This document shows, one piece after another, positions 55,696 through 64,000 of a DNA stretch of 64,000 bases. Location of the stretch: contig JAGQKV010000015.1 in the NCBI GenBank assembly GCA_020429915.1, positions 1,593-65,592 of the forward strand, written 5' to 3'. The notes beneath the pieces were generated by a model. That model had not been told where the DNA came from and ran no database searches. It worked only from the letters and a program-made list of their open reading frames with translations. This stretch comes from Candidatus Omnitrophota bacterium. Lineage in GTDB: Bacteria; Omnitrophota; Gorgyraeia; Zapsychrales; Zapsychraceae. Numbering within the stretch: position 1 is the stretch's first letter; every line of letters starts with the position of its first letter. A program made the position numbers and the translations under genes.

Positions 55696-56271
55696 TCACA
55701 ACGAGCGTGATCCCGACGAGGACGATAAATTCCCACCATTGCGGTTCTTCCGACATACCAGATTCGACTCCAATTCGTTGACCAGCTCTTCGCGCGTCAG
55801 GCGGAAAAGCAAATACACAAAGACCGTCACCGGCACCAAGGCCACGGGGCCATAGTGCAGCACCGAAAAAAAGGCGTACATTATCAAGACCATCACCATC
55901 AGTACCGCCAGACGGTAGGCCCAGTAATGGTAGCGTTGCAGAAAGATACCCGCGCAGACCAGGTAGAATGAAATCGCGGCAATGACGTACACCGTCGATC
56001 CCTCCGGCGCCACATACATCACGCGATAGCCCTGCCGGTCGTTCATATAATCCATTACCGGAATGGACACAAAAAACGCGGATAAAATCACGTAGTATCC
56101 GAGCAACCCCACGATGGTCAGCTCTCCGGCCACCAGCCGCACGTGGCTGGCCGGCTCTCCGCGCAGCTGCCGGCGGCGCTGCATGATCATATGAAACAGC
56201 AGAAAAAACGGCACCACATTGGTCAGGAGAATGCGAAAAACAAGATTGAGCGGCAACGCTTCGGAAGGCAT
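55696..56271 (-). CDS. Hypothetical polytopic membrane protein
   Basis: 191 aa with 4-5 hydrophobic helices. No family call. Confidence 0.45.
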   Translation of the reverse strand: MPSEALPLNLVFRILLTNVVPFFLLFHMIMQRRRQLRGEPASHVRLVAGELTIVGLLGYYVILSAFFVSIPVMDYMNDRQGYRVMYVAPEGSTVYVIAAISFYLVCAGIFLQRYHYWAYRLAVLMVMVLIMYAFFSVLHYGPVALVPVTVFVYLLFRLTREELVNELESNLVCRKNRNGGNLSSSSGSRSL

Positions 56272-56279
56272 ACGCGATA

Positions 56280-56696
56280 TTATATACGCTCGAGCTCGGT
56301 GCGAATCAGCATAAGAACATCTAGGTTGTTGCGTGATATCATGACGATGGGACTGTGATGGGCCTCGGGATCGGCGCTGCCGTACATCAGCGACAGGTCA
56401 ATGCCGGCCTCGGCGATCTTGTCGGTAACCGATTGCAGGGCGCCGGGTTTATTGGACAGCGTCAGGAGCACGACCTCTTCCTCCTGCACGTCGAAGCCTT
56501 TTTTCTCGAGGAGATTCTTGGCCTCGTTGTTGTCTTCAGTCACAAACATGATCGCGACCATTCCGCCGACTGCATACGCGCACAAGGCCAGAATATTGAT
56601 GCCGGAACTGGAGACCACGCTCAAGACTTCGGCCAGGGTCCCGGCTGTATCTTTCAGGTGGATCATGAGTTGACGGTCTAATTCAGCTTTTATCAT
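56280..56696 (-). CDS. ACT-domain protein (tandem ACT-like regulatory domains)
   Basis: 138 aa. Two beta-alpha-beta-beta-alpha-beta units with a Gly-containing ligand loop (DTAGTLAEVLSVVSSSGINI; NKPGALQSVTDKIAEAGIDL). Confidence 0.7.
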   Translation of the reverse strand: MIKAELDRQLMIHLKDTAGTLAEVLSVVSSSGINILALCAYAVGGMVAIMFVTEDNNEAKNLLEKKGFDVQEEEVVLLTLSNKPGALQSVTDKIAEAGIDLSLMYGSADPEAHHSPIVMISRNNLDVLMLIRTELERI

Positions 56697-56780
56697 GGGA
56701 AGGTCCTTTCCGGTGTCTGCCGGGTCAAATGACGTCCTACTTTATTCTCACCTATAAATATAACACATCCCGGGCGGGAA

Positions 56781-57956
56781 TCAGTTACCGGTTTTATAAA
56801 TCCCGCGGCGGATCGCCCGCTCACCGAATTTGTCTTTGATTTGATCGCAGGCCCGGTGCAAATCTTCATCCCGTTTCTCAGCCGGATCTTCAAATAAACT
56901 GTCCCGCACGTAAGGGTCTTCAAAATTGGCCACACGCACCCCGATAAGACGGATGTGCATGCCCGGCCGGAAAAATATTTTATACAGGTGCAGCGCCGTG
57001 GTGTAAATCGTGTCGGAAAAATTGGTGCGGTGGTCGAGCGTTTCGGCACGGCTGAATGTCTGAAAACCCTTGAGCCGGATCTTGAGCGTGACCGTTTTCC
57101 CCTTCAGATCGTGCTTGCGCATCCGCCGGGACACCTTTTCCGAGAGATACAGCAGCCGGTCGATGATTTCCTCCTGGTCGGTGGTATCCTGCTCAAAGGT
57201 ATGTTCGTTGCTGACCGACTTTATCTCATCATCCACCGCCACCGGGCGTTCGTCGATACCGTTGGCCAGCTGGTGCAAGTGTAGTCCGTGCGTCCCGAAA
57301 CGTTTGCTCAAGGCCTCGATCGGTGTCCGGGCGAGCTCGCCCACCGTCTTGATTTGCAATTGATGCAGCGCACTTTCGGTGTGCTTGCCGACCCCCCAAA
57401 TCTTGCCGATCGGCAGCGGCCACAGAAAATTCCGGACCTGGTCCGGCTTGATTTCCAGCAGCCCGTCCGGTTTGTTGTAATCCGAGGCGATCTTGGCGAT
57501 CATTTTGTTGGGAGCGATACCGATCGAGGCGGTCAGTCCGACCCGGGCCCGGATGTCTTTTTTAATGGCCCGGCACAAATCCAGTGGGCTGCGCCCATCG
57601 GACAGACATCCGGTCAGGTCCATAAAGGCCTCGTCAATACTGACCGGTTGGATGTCGGGAGTGTAGTCCTTGAGGACGGCAAAGATCTGGCGGGATACTT
57701 CGCGGTATTTCTGATGATTGCCGCGCAGGTAAATCCCCTGCGGGCAGCGGCGATAAGCGATGGAGATCGGCAGCGCCGAGTGGATGTTGTACTTTCGCGC
57801 TTCGTAGGAGCAGGTGGCGACCACGCCGCGGCCCTGACCGCCCTTCGGATCGGCGCCGATAATCACCGGCTTGCCGCGCAACGCCGGATTGTCGCGCTGT
57901 TCAACGGCCGCGAAAAAGGCATCCATATCCATATGCGCGATGATTCGCTCGGGCAT
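56781..57956 (-). CDS. dinB: DNA polymerase IV (Y-family translesion polymerase)
   Basis: 391 aa. N-terminal MDMDAFFAAVEQRDNPALRGKPVIIG and catalytic SIDEAFMDLTG motifs. Confidence 0.92.
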   Translation of the reverse strand: MPERIIAHMDMDAFFAAVEQRDNPALRGKPVIIGADPKGGQGRGVVATCSYEARKYNIHSALPISIAYRRCPQGIYLRGNHQKYREVSRQIFAVLKDYTPDIQPVSIDEAFMDLTGCLSDGRSPLDLCRAIKKDIRARVGLTASIGIAPNKMIAKIASDYNKPDGLLEIKPDQVRNFLWPLPIGKIWGVGKHTESALHQLQIKTVGELARTPIEALSKRFGTHGLHLHQLANGIDERPVAVDDEIKSVSNEHTFEQDTTDQEEIIDRLLYLSEKVSRRMRKHDLKGKTVTLKIRLKGFQTFSRAETLDHRTNFSDTIYTTALHLYKIFFRPGMHIRLIGVRVANFEDPYVRDSLFEDPAEKRDEDLHRACDQIKDKFGERAIRRGIYKTGN

Positions 57957-57974
57957 GGCGGCTCCCCGGTCGGA

Positions 57975-59048
57975 TTAAACGTTGAAGCGAAAATAAATCA
58001 CATCCCCGTCGCGGACTTCATACTCCTTGCCTTCCAGCGAGACGCGATTTTTGGCCTGCACGGCTTGATAAGAACCCAGTTCTTTCAAATCGTCGTAGTG
58101 GTAAACTTCGGCGCGGATGAATCCGCGGGCGATATCGGTATGGATCTTGGCGGCGGCCTTGACGGCCGGCGTTCCCTTGGGGATCGTCCACGCGCGGGAT
58201 TCCTTTTCCCCCGCGGTAAAGAAACAGATGAGTCCCAGCAACTCCTGCCCGGCGCGGGCGACCTTTCCGAGTCCCGGCGTCACGATACCGGCTTCCTCAT
58301 AATATGTGGCCCGTTCCTCGGGAGGTAACTCGAGGATTTCCGACTCCAGTTTGGTGCACAGTTCGACGATACCCGCGTTTTCCTGTTTCGCCCGTTCCTG
58401 CAGCGGTCCGAGTATGCTTTCATCGGCCCCGCTTTCGTCGGTGTTGGCGACATAGAGAATCGGTTTGCCGGTCAGGAACTGGAATTCCTTGGTAAATTCC
58501 TCGGGAATCTTCATCAGACGTGCCGAGGTGCCGGCGTTAAATCCGGCGAGGATCTCTTCCATCTTGGCCACGTTTTCCTTGGCCGCCTTCTCTCCGGATT
58601 TCGCGGTCTTGCGCAGCTTCTCCAGGGCCTTCTCGGCCTGCTGTATATCGGCGAGCAACAATTCGGTCTCGATGGTCTCCACCGCGTTGATCGGGTCGAG
58701 ATCGCCCATGACATTTACCACATTATCGTCGTGAAAACACCGGACCACATGGAGGATCGCATCCACCTGCCGGATATTCGCCAGAAACTTGTTCCCCAGC
58801 CCTTCCCCCTGACTGGCGCCCTTGACCAGCCCGGCAATATCGACGAACCGAATCCCGGCCGGGGTGGTCTTGACGGATGAGAATTCCCGGGTCAGATGCT
58901 CCAGCCGCGGATCGGGCAACGGCACGATCCCCACATTCGGGTCGATGGTAGTAAAGGGAAAGTTTTCGGCCGCGATCCCGGCCCCGGTCAAGGCGTTGAA
59001 CAACGAGGATTTGCCCACGTTCGGCAAACCCACAATTCCGATTTCCAT
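57975..59048 (-). CDS. ychF: Ribosome-binding ATPase YchF (Obg-family GTPase)
   Basis: 357 aa. G1 motif GLPNVGKSSLFNALT, a coiled-coil insert, and a C-terminal TGS domain. Confidence 0.92.
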   Translation of the reverse strand: MEIGIVGLPNVGKSSLFNALTGAGIAAENFPFTTIDPNVGIVPLPDPRLEHLTREFSSVKTTPAGIRFVDIAGLVKGASQGEGLGNKFLANIRQVDAILHVVRCFHDDNVVNVMGDLDPINAVETIETELLLADIQQAEKALEKLRKTAKSGEKAAKENVAKMEEILAGFNAGTSARLMKIPEEFTKEFQFLTGKPILYVANTDESGADESILGPLQERAKQENAGIVELCTKLESEILELPPEERATYYEEAGIVTPGLGKVARAGQELLGLICFFTAGEKESRAWTIPKGTPAVKAAAKIHTDIARGFIRAEVYHYDDLKELGSYQAVQAKNRVSLEGKEYEVRDGDVIYFRFNV

Positions 59049-59153
59049 TCCTGTCTCTCCTTCCTGGCGATGCCCGGCCGCTGAGCCGGCGGAGTCTAAA
59101 CGAGCCTGTATGATACACCAATTTGAGGGGGCTGTCCCGTCAAATTATACGCC

Positions 59154-59190
59154 CAAAAAAAGGCAGCCCGGACCCTGCCGGAGCTGCCTT
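59154..59190 (-). terminator. Rho-independent terminator downstream of the MORN-repeat gene (minus strand: AAGGCAGC-loop-GCTGCCTT followed by a U7 run)
   Basis: The plus strand shows an A7 run, then GGCAGC...GCTGCC. On the minus strand this is a GC-rich hairpin followed by UUUUUUU. Confidence 0.6.
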
Positions 59191-59213
59191 ATAAACGTCT
59201 CTTACATATCAAT

Positions 59214-59957
59214 TTACAATTCGCTGTGCGTAACCGTTTCCTCCTTGACCAACTTATCATCGATAAAAGTCTTGATGAGCGTTTTGTCGTCGTTCTGACG
59301 GGTAAGCGTTTGGTAATATTTCGCCAGCGGATCGCCGCTTTCATCTTCGAATTGCTCGCAATCCCGTCGCGCCTCTTTGGAGTTGATCACGGTCAGCTCG
59401 CAGGTTTCGCGCAGAATCCCGCTGGGATAATACCGGTGATACGGCCCGTCGTTCTGTCCGTCCTTAAAATCTCCCTGGTAGACAAGCCGGCCCTGTTCAT
59501 CATAACGTTTGATGGTGCCGTTGAGCGCGTCGTTCTTGGCGCGGCCTTCCATCTTCAACTGACCGTTGCGATAGTACTCTTTGAAAGATCCGTGCAGATC
59601 TCCGTTGCGGTATTTGCGTTCCGCCTTGAGAGCCCCGTTGCTGTAATAGCGCTTGCTCTGCCCGTGATACTCCCCGTCCTTAAAAAAACTCTCCTCCATA
59701 ATCTGGCCATTGCGGAAGTAAATTTGTTGCAGGCCGTCACGCTTACCGTTCTCAAAATTGCCTTTGATAAACAGATTGCCGTTGGGATGATACCCGAGGG
59801 TTTCCCCCTCAAGTTTACCATCTTTGTAATAGCCGACGCTCTCCAGGACGCCGTTGGAATAATAAGTCTTGTTTTCTCCGTCGGGAATTTGCTCTTGGGC
59901 GTATGCGGATACGGTGGCCAGCAGAGTGATCGCCACCAATAGGATAAATCTGGGCAT
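59214..59957 (-). CDS. Exported MORN-repeat (YwqK-like) protein
   Basis: Start at the internal Met (MPRFILLVAITLLATVSAYA; cat at 59955-59957). It contains ~9 MORN-like repeats (YYxNGxLxxEGxxKDGKxxG). Confidence 0.7.
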   Translation of the reverse strand: MPRFILLVAITLLATVSAYAQEQIPDGENKTYYSNGVLESVGYYKDGKLEGETLGYHPNGNLFIKGNFENGKRDGLQQIYFRNGQIMEESFFKDGEYHGQSKRYYSNGALKAERKYRNGDLHGSFKEYYRNGQLKMEGRAKNDALNGTIKRYDEQGRLVYQGDFKDGQNDGPYHRYYPSGILRETCELTVINSKEARRDCEQFEDESGDPLAKYYQTLTRQNDDKTLIKTFIDDKLVKEETVTHSEL

Positions 59958-60088
59958 GAACCTGTCCTCCTCTTCGCGGATCGTCATTCTTTGAGTCTGT
60001 GATATTTTAACGTCGCGTCGATCGAAATACAAGCAACATTCCCAACTTCGCGTTGACCCTGTCCGGTACTGACGTTAAAATACCGACT

Positions 60089-61069
60089 ATGAGCCTGGTT
60101 TTACGAATAACACTCGCATTATTGCTGTATAGCGGACTGTTCCCGAACCGCGCGGCGGCGCAGTACACCCGCAACAGCATCTACACGGCGGCCCGCGCGG
60201 GAGACTATGCAGCCGTGGAGAAATTCATCAGCCGACGCGTCAATCAGGAATCCCTGGATAACCTCTTGGGAGCCGCTGTCGCCGGACAGCAGCTCGACAT
60301 CATCGCATTGCTGATCGATAAAGGGGCTGATCCCAACAGCCTGACGTCCTACAACAGCCATCTCTTGAATACCGCCATCATGTTCGGATTCGACCGAGCG
60401 GCCGCCAAACTCGTCGAACTGGGAGCCGATCCGAATCAATACGGATACCGGAATCGTGAACGTAATGTATTTATTGATTGGGATTGGACACCGCTGATGT
60501 GCGCGGCCTTTCGCGGGAACGAGGAGCTGGTCGAGCTTCTGCTGGCACACGGCGCCGATCCGCAACTCAAAGGCCGTTCGACATCGGACGTGGATATTGA
60601 AACGGCCGCCGATATCGCCGCCTACAGCGGCCACCTGGATACCCTGAAACTGTTGCTGCAAAAAGGCGCGCCCCTCAGCCGCGAAACCATATTCAAAACG
60701 GTCCGCGGCGGTCATTTCAAAGTATTTCGCTTTTTGTTGAAACAGGAAGACGATCTGAACCGACTGAGCCGCCAGCACCGGACGTTACTGATGGAGGCGG
60801 CCTGGTGGGGGCATGAAGATATCGTGAAGTTCCTGCTGCGAAAAGGAGCGGACGTAAACTATCGCAACGCCGCGGGAGAAACCGCCTTACTGACGGTGCT
60901 TTCCAATCCCGACCGCGAATTGAATGTCCAACTGAACATCCTCAAACGTCTCATCCGCAACGGGGCCGTAGTCGGCAATGATCTTCCGACGGCGCGCTCC
61001 CTGGCACAACGCTACAATAAGAAACCTATCCTGGCTTATCTCGATACGATTGACGAAAAGGGAAAGTGA
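60089..61069 (+). CDS. Exported ankyrin-repeat protein
   Basis: Start at the internal Met (MSLVLRITLALLLYSGLFPNRAAA). It has 6 or more ANK repeats (…GADPN…LLxxAxxxGHxxxVxxLLxxGA…). Confidence 0.75.
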   Translation: MSLVLRITLALLLYSGLFPNRAAAQYTRNSIYTAARAGDYAAVEKFISRRVNQESLDNLLGAAVAGQQLDIIALLIDKGADPNSLTSYNSHLLNTAIMFGFDRAAAKLVELGADPNQYGYRNRERNVFIDWDWTPLMCAAFRGNEELVELLLAHGADPQLKGRSTSDVDIETAADIAAYSGHLDTLKLLLQKGAPLSRETIFKTVRGGHFKVFRFLLKQEDDLNRLSRQHRTLLMEAAWWGHEDIVKFLLRKGADVNYRNAAGETALLTVLSNPDRELNVQLNILKRLIRNGAVVGNDLPTARSLAQRYNKKPILAYLDTIDEKGK

Positions 61070-61453
61070 TCAGACGGCTGTCTGAGCGCCGGCGACTTGG
61101 CGCTTAATGTTGATGATGATCTCCACGCAGTCAAAGGCCTTGACCGCATAAGCATCGGCCCCGGCCTCTTTAGCCTCATCCGTCTGATTCGGCTCGGCAA
61201 GACCGGACATGACAATGACCTTGACTGTGTCACCCGCCTCCTGTTTGATGCGGCGGCATAGCTCCAGACCGCTGACGTCCTCCAACCCCATCTCCACCAA
61301 CACGATCTGCGGTTGTTCCTGGGTATAAAGCGCCAACGCCTCGCGTCCGGCTTGCGCCAAGACGAACCGGTCAAAGCCGTAATTCAGCAAACGGACACGT
61401 ATGAGTTCGCAAAAGTGCTCGCTGCGGTCAACAATCAAAATCTTTGGATTCAT
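61070..61453 (-). CDS. Atypical single-domain response-regulator receiver (phospho-acceptor Asp replaced by Glu; first acidic pair is DR)
   Basis: 127 aa. MNPKILIVDRSE…QIVLVEMGLEDVSG…VIVMSGLA…YAVKAF. By comparison with CheY, D57 becomes E, D13 becomes R, T87 becomes S, and K109 is conserved. Confidence 0.7.
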   Translation of the reverse strand: MNPKILIVDRSEHFCELIRVRLLNYGFDRFVLAQAGREALALYTQEQPQIVLVEMGLEDVSGLELCRRIKQEAGDTVKVIVMSGLAEPNQTDEAKEAGADAYAVKAFDCVEIIINIKRQVAGAQTAV

Positions 61454-61599
61454 GGACTATCTCCCCTTTTTAGCAATATGGTTCTAGCTTACTTGAATCC
61501 CGCCACAGGCACAATATGGGATAAACACTCATAAATTACTTATTTCTTATAAGTATTGATAACCCGGATTTTAAAACTTATATGTTGTAATTAATAAAG

Positions 61600-62421
61600 T
61601 TACAATGATTTTAGGTAAGTAGCCAAGTTTGTCTTCTTACCGGACAATTTTAGCTTGGTGCGGATGCTGTTGCGGTGATTATCCACGGTTCGCTGGGAGA
61701 TGTTCAGAATCCGGGCGATGTCCTTGCTGCTCAATCCCCCCCGGATCATGTTGCAGATTTCCACTTCCTTGGGAGTCAGTTTCAGGGTCTTACGCGAGAT
61801 CTTCTGGCCGAACGCCGCCGTCACCGTTCTGAGATTCTTCTCCAGAATCGCCAGATGACGACGGTCCGCGGTACCTGTCCGGCGCTTAAGCTGATTGACG
61901 ATCGGCAGCACAAGCTCCTCAATATTGGCACTGACCTCCTGCTTGAACCGGTTCTTCTCCTGTTCGATCTGGGACAAGACCTCCTGCAGTGCGATATTCT
62001 TTTGCTCCAAGTCCCGCGTCTGCGTCAACAGCTTATCCTGTGATTCGCGCAGGGCGTTCTCCGTCTTTTTTTGATTGGTCAGGTCCCGGGCGATGGCGTA
62101 TATCACCTGATTGGCCGGAACCGAGGTCCAACCCAGCCACTTGTAGCTGCCATTCTTGCATCGGTAACGATTCTCGAAATAAAGCGTCTTGCGGCCTTCC
62201 CCGAGCTTCTCAAGCTCATCGAGGGTCGCCTGCACATCTTCCGGATGGACAAATTCCAGAAACTTGACGGATAGCAGCAATTCTTTGGAATGGCCCAGGG
62301 TGCGCATAAAGGCGGGATTCACGTCCAGGAAATAGCCGTCCAAAGACGCGATACACAGGAGGTCCAGGGAGAGATTGAAAAATTTGTCGATGCGCCGGTC
62401 TTCCCCCTCATATGATTTCAT
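61600..62421 (-). CDS. PAS-domain LuxR-family transcriptional regulator
   Basis: 273 aa. N-terminal PAS domain (…LDLLCIASLDGYFLDVNPAFMRTLGH…YRCKNGSYKWLGW…), a coiled linker, and a C-terminal LuxR HTH (LTPKEVEICNMIRGGLSSKDIARILNISQRTVDNHRNSIRTKL). Confidence 0.85.
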   Translation of the reverse strand: MKSYEGEDRRIDKFFNLSLDLLCIASLDGYFLDVNPAFMRTLGHSKELLLSVKFLEFVHPEDVQATLDELEKLGEGRKTLYFENRYRCKNGSYKWLGWTSVPANQVIYAIARDLTNQKKTENALRESQDKLLTQTRDLEQKNIALQEVLSQIEQEKNRFKQEVSANIEELVLPIVNQLKRRTGTADRRHLAILEKNLRTVTAAFGQKISRKTLKLTPKEVEICNMIRGGLSSKDIARILNISQRTVDNHRNSIRTKLKLSGKKTNLATYLKSL

Positions 62422-62440
62422 CGGGGCCCCTCGCGGAGCA

Positions 62441-63718
62441 CTATGGGGGAGGGAAATCGGCGAAAGACGTCGTTTCTTGCCATGTTATTATATTAGCAAT
62501 AAATGGGGAAAAAGGAACCGCAATGTTGGCCTTGTGCGTGTAATTGCGCACCGCAAACACGCTCAGATCAATACCGGTCTGTGTTCCTCCGCCGCCGCGT
62601 ACCGAGATGGCGCCGGTAAAATTAAATTCACCCAGACCGACGGTACTTTCGGCGCGAAATTCGCCATTGGCCCCGTCGCTGCCGTCGGCAATTACGAAGG
62701 CTTCCACGGTCAGGTCCGCGCCGCCAGCGACCGCTCCGTCGGGTATGACGACATCCTGTTTGGCGAACAAACCGATCTGGGCGTCCGGTGTCAACGGATC
62801 GGGGACGATGTCGCCTTCAATGTAAATGTTTCCGCCGGCCACCAGAAGCAAAGATGTATCGAACTCGCCGGAGACCCGGATATCCCCGGTGGCAAAAATG
62901 AGGCGCGGCGCGAAACCCGGAGTGCCGTCCAGGGCGCCCAGGTTGTCCAGATCAATGGTCAAATCGCCGGCCTCCTTGTACCCGCCCAGCGTAGCGGCCA
63001 GTCCGGTCGCCAAAGTATCATACCGGTTGATGTCCACGCCGGGAAAGGTCACCGACGGATAGGGATTCACCGCGCCGGTAATGGTGATGTCCGGATCGGA
63101 CTGCGGATTGGACGGATTGAGCTCATCAATATAAAGCACGTTGCCATCGATGGTGATATGCCGCTGCGCCGCGTCCGGCAGTGCATCGTTGACGTCAAAG
63201 AACAGGTCCTGCCCGAGAACATCCGCCTCCACAACCGCCCCGCTTTTAAAGCGTAAGGCTCCCGGCGTTGACAATAAAAACCGACTCGGGTCGTCGATCA
63301 GCACACGCGCCAGGATCGCCCGGTTCAAATTGCTTTCGGCGTCGTATCCCACGGAACGCACCCAGCGGGTCTCTCCGAGGTCCTCAATATCGGGTCCGTT
63401 GACCACTTCGATACTATAGGTACCGATAACGGTGGTATCGTCCGCCTCGACGGCATTAAGCAAGACATTGCTGACCGCCATATTCGGCATGTCGGGATCC
63501 GTCCCGAGACCCCAGTCAGGGTCCCGCCGGAATTCAAACAGCGCGCGGTCGATCCCCGCCTCCGCGGTCGAGAATGCCTGATGAACGGCGCGGCGCTGAT
63601 CGGCCTCGCGCAATTGCTGGGTCGACCGGACAAACGCGGCCCCGAGTAAAATGGTTAAAAAGAGGGCCACCGCCAGGCTCATAATCAGGAGATATCCGTC
63701 CGAATTGTTGATCTTCAT
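62441..63718 (-). CDS. PilX-N-like (minor pseudopilin-like) N-terminal anchor protein with a large beta-rich extracellular domain
   Basis: 425 aa. The N-terminal hydrophobic segment (LLIMSLAVALFLTILLGAAFV) resembles the type IV pilus PilX N-terminal domain. The Gly/Asp/Thr-rich repetitive C-terminal region suggests a beta-helix or adhesin-like fold. Confidence 0.5.
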   Translation of the reverse strand: MKINNSDGYLLIMSLAVALFLTILLGAAFVRSTQQLREADQRRAVHQAFSTAEAGIDRALFEFRRDPDWGLGTDPDMPNMAVSNVLLNAVEADDTTVIGTYSIEVVNGPDIEDLGETRWVRSVGYDAESNLNRAILARVLIDDPSRFLLSTPGALRFKSGAVVEADVLGQDLFFDVNDALPDAAQRHITIDGNVLYIDELNPSNPQSDPDITITGAVNPYPSVTFPGVDINRYDTLATGLAATLGGYKEAGDLTIDLDNLGALDGTPGFAPRLIFATGDIRVSGEFDTSLLLVAGGNIYIEGDIVPDPLTPDAQIGLFAKQDVVIPDGAVAGGADLTVEAFVIADGSDGANGEFRAESTVGLGEFNFTGAISVRGGGGTQTGIDLSVFAVRNYTHKANIAVPFSPFIANIITWQETTSFADFPPP

Positions 63719-64000
63719 CAGTTTGCCGCTCCTGTATCGGGGCTGTTGGCGTTGCGCGGAAAAATCTCCGTGGCCGTATTGATACTAACCGACCGACGCA
63801 GTAAATCATCGGTCAGAGTCAGCATAAGCCTGAGTCCGCGTCCCGTGTCGTCGTCCCTGACAAATGCGGAATTGGCCGCGTCGACTTTGTCCGATATCGT
63901 CCGGCTTCCCGCCGCGCGCTCCACGAGCAGCCGGCCGTCCAAAGTAATCCGGTACGTGGCGAACACCTCGCCGTTAATCCCCGTGAAGACGGCCGTGTTG
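63718..64000 (-). CDS. C-terminal part of an upstream minus-strand gene (N-terminus beyond the window end); possibly another pilus-associated protein
   Basis: The open frame runs to the window edge and its stop overlaps the start of the PilX-like gene. Confidence 0.3.
   Translation of the reverse strand, partial: NTAVFTGINGEVFATYRITLDGRLLVERAAGSRTISDKVDAANSAFVRDDDTGRGLRLMLTLTDDLLRRSVSINTATEIFPRNANSPDTGAAN

Noticed and set aside
1-64000. CRISPR arrays or cas genes
   Set aside because: No regularly spaced direct repeats of 24-48 bp were seen anywhere in the window. The only periodic DNA is the coding repeat of the Q-rich protein, where repeats are contiguous with no spacers.

Overview
This 64 kb window looks like GC-rich (~60%, by eye) chromosomal DNA from a Gram-negative, aerobic bacterium. 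About 70 genes are densely packed, mostly on the minus strand, and many six-frame ORFs are antisense artefacts of the high GC content. Recognisable content, in map order: ergothioneine genes (egtD partial, egtB); an FKBP isomerase and a cold-shock protein; an outer-membrane barrel with the mlaFED phospholipid-transport genes and a stand-alone receiver; an ABC-2 exporter; glutamate dehydrogenase; an MBOAT O-acyltransferase with an SGNH-like partner; cytochrome bd oxidase (cydAB); an aa3-type cytochrome c oxidase cluster with two subunit-III paralogues, subunit IV, a Cys-less SCO-like protein and a candidate blue-copper protein; an ABC-F ATPase; a divergent SelO-like enzyme; a MarR-headed seven-gene lipid-modification cluster (two Cfa-family methyltransferases, an amine-oxidase-like FAD enzyme, DUF1365, DUF1295, a chalcone-isomerase-like protein) whose composition matches furan/methylated fatty-acid pathways (UfaM/UfaD/UfaO-like); a flotillin/NfeD operon; an MscS channel; YfhO, LOG, DinB and YchF; and MORN, ankyrin and PilX-like exported proteins. 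The two regions most worth a second look are these. (1) A six-gene, all-exported operon at about 9.6-14.8 kb with no family-level assignment: a ~955-aa protein carrying a C-terminal P-loop (Walker A) kinase-like domain, two lipoproteins, two tandem paralogous small basic secreted proteins, and a signal-peptide-bearing class II glutamine-amidotransferase-like Ntn hydrolase. (2) An AT-rich inserted island at about 43.7-46.8 kb carrying an IS1595-family transposase inactivated by an in-frame TAG where a conserved Gln codon is expected, plus three tRNA-like genes with atypical features. Smaller points: a poly-C tract upstream of a secreted transglutaminase-like protease, a Q-rich periodic secreted protein, and a receiver domain with Glu in place of the phospho-acceptor Asp.
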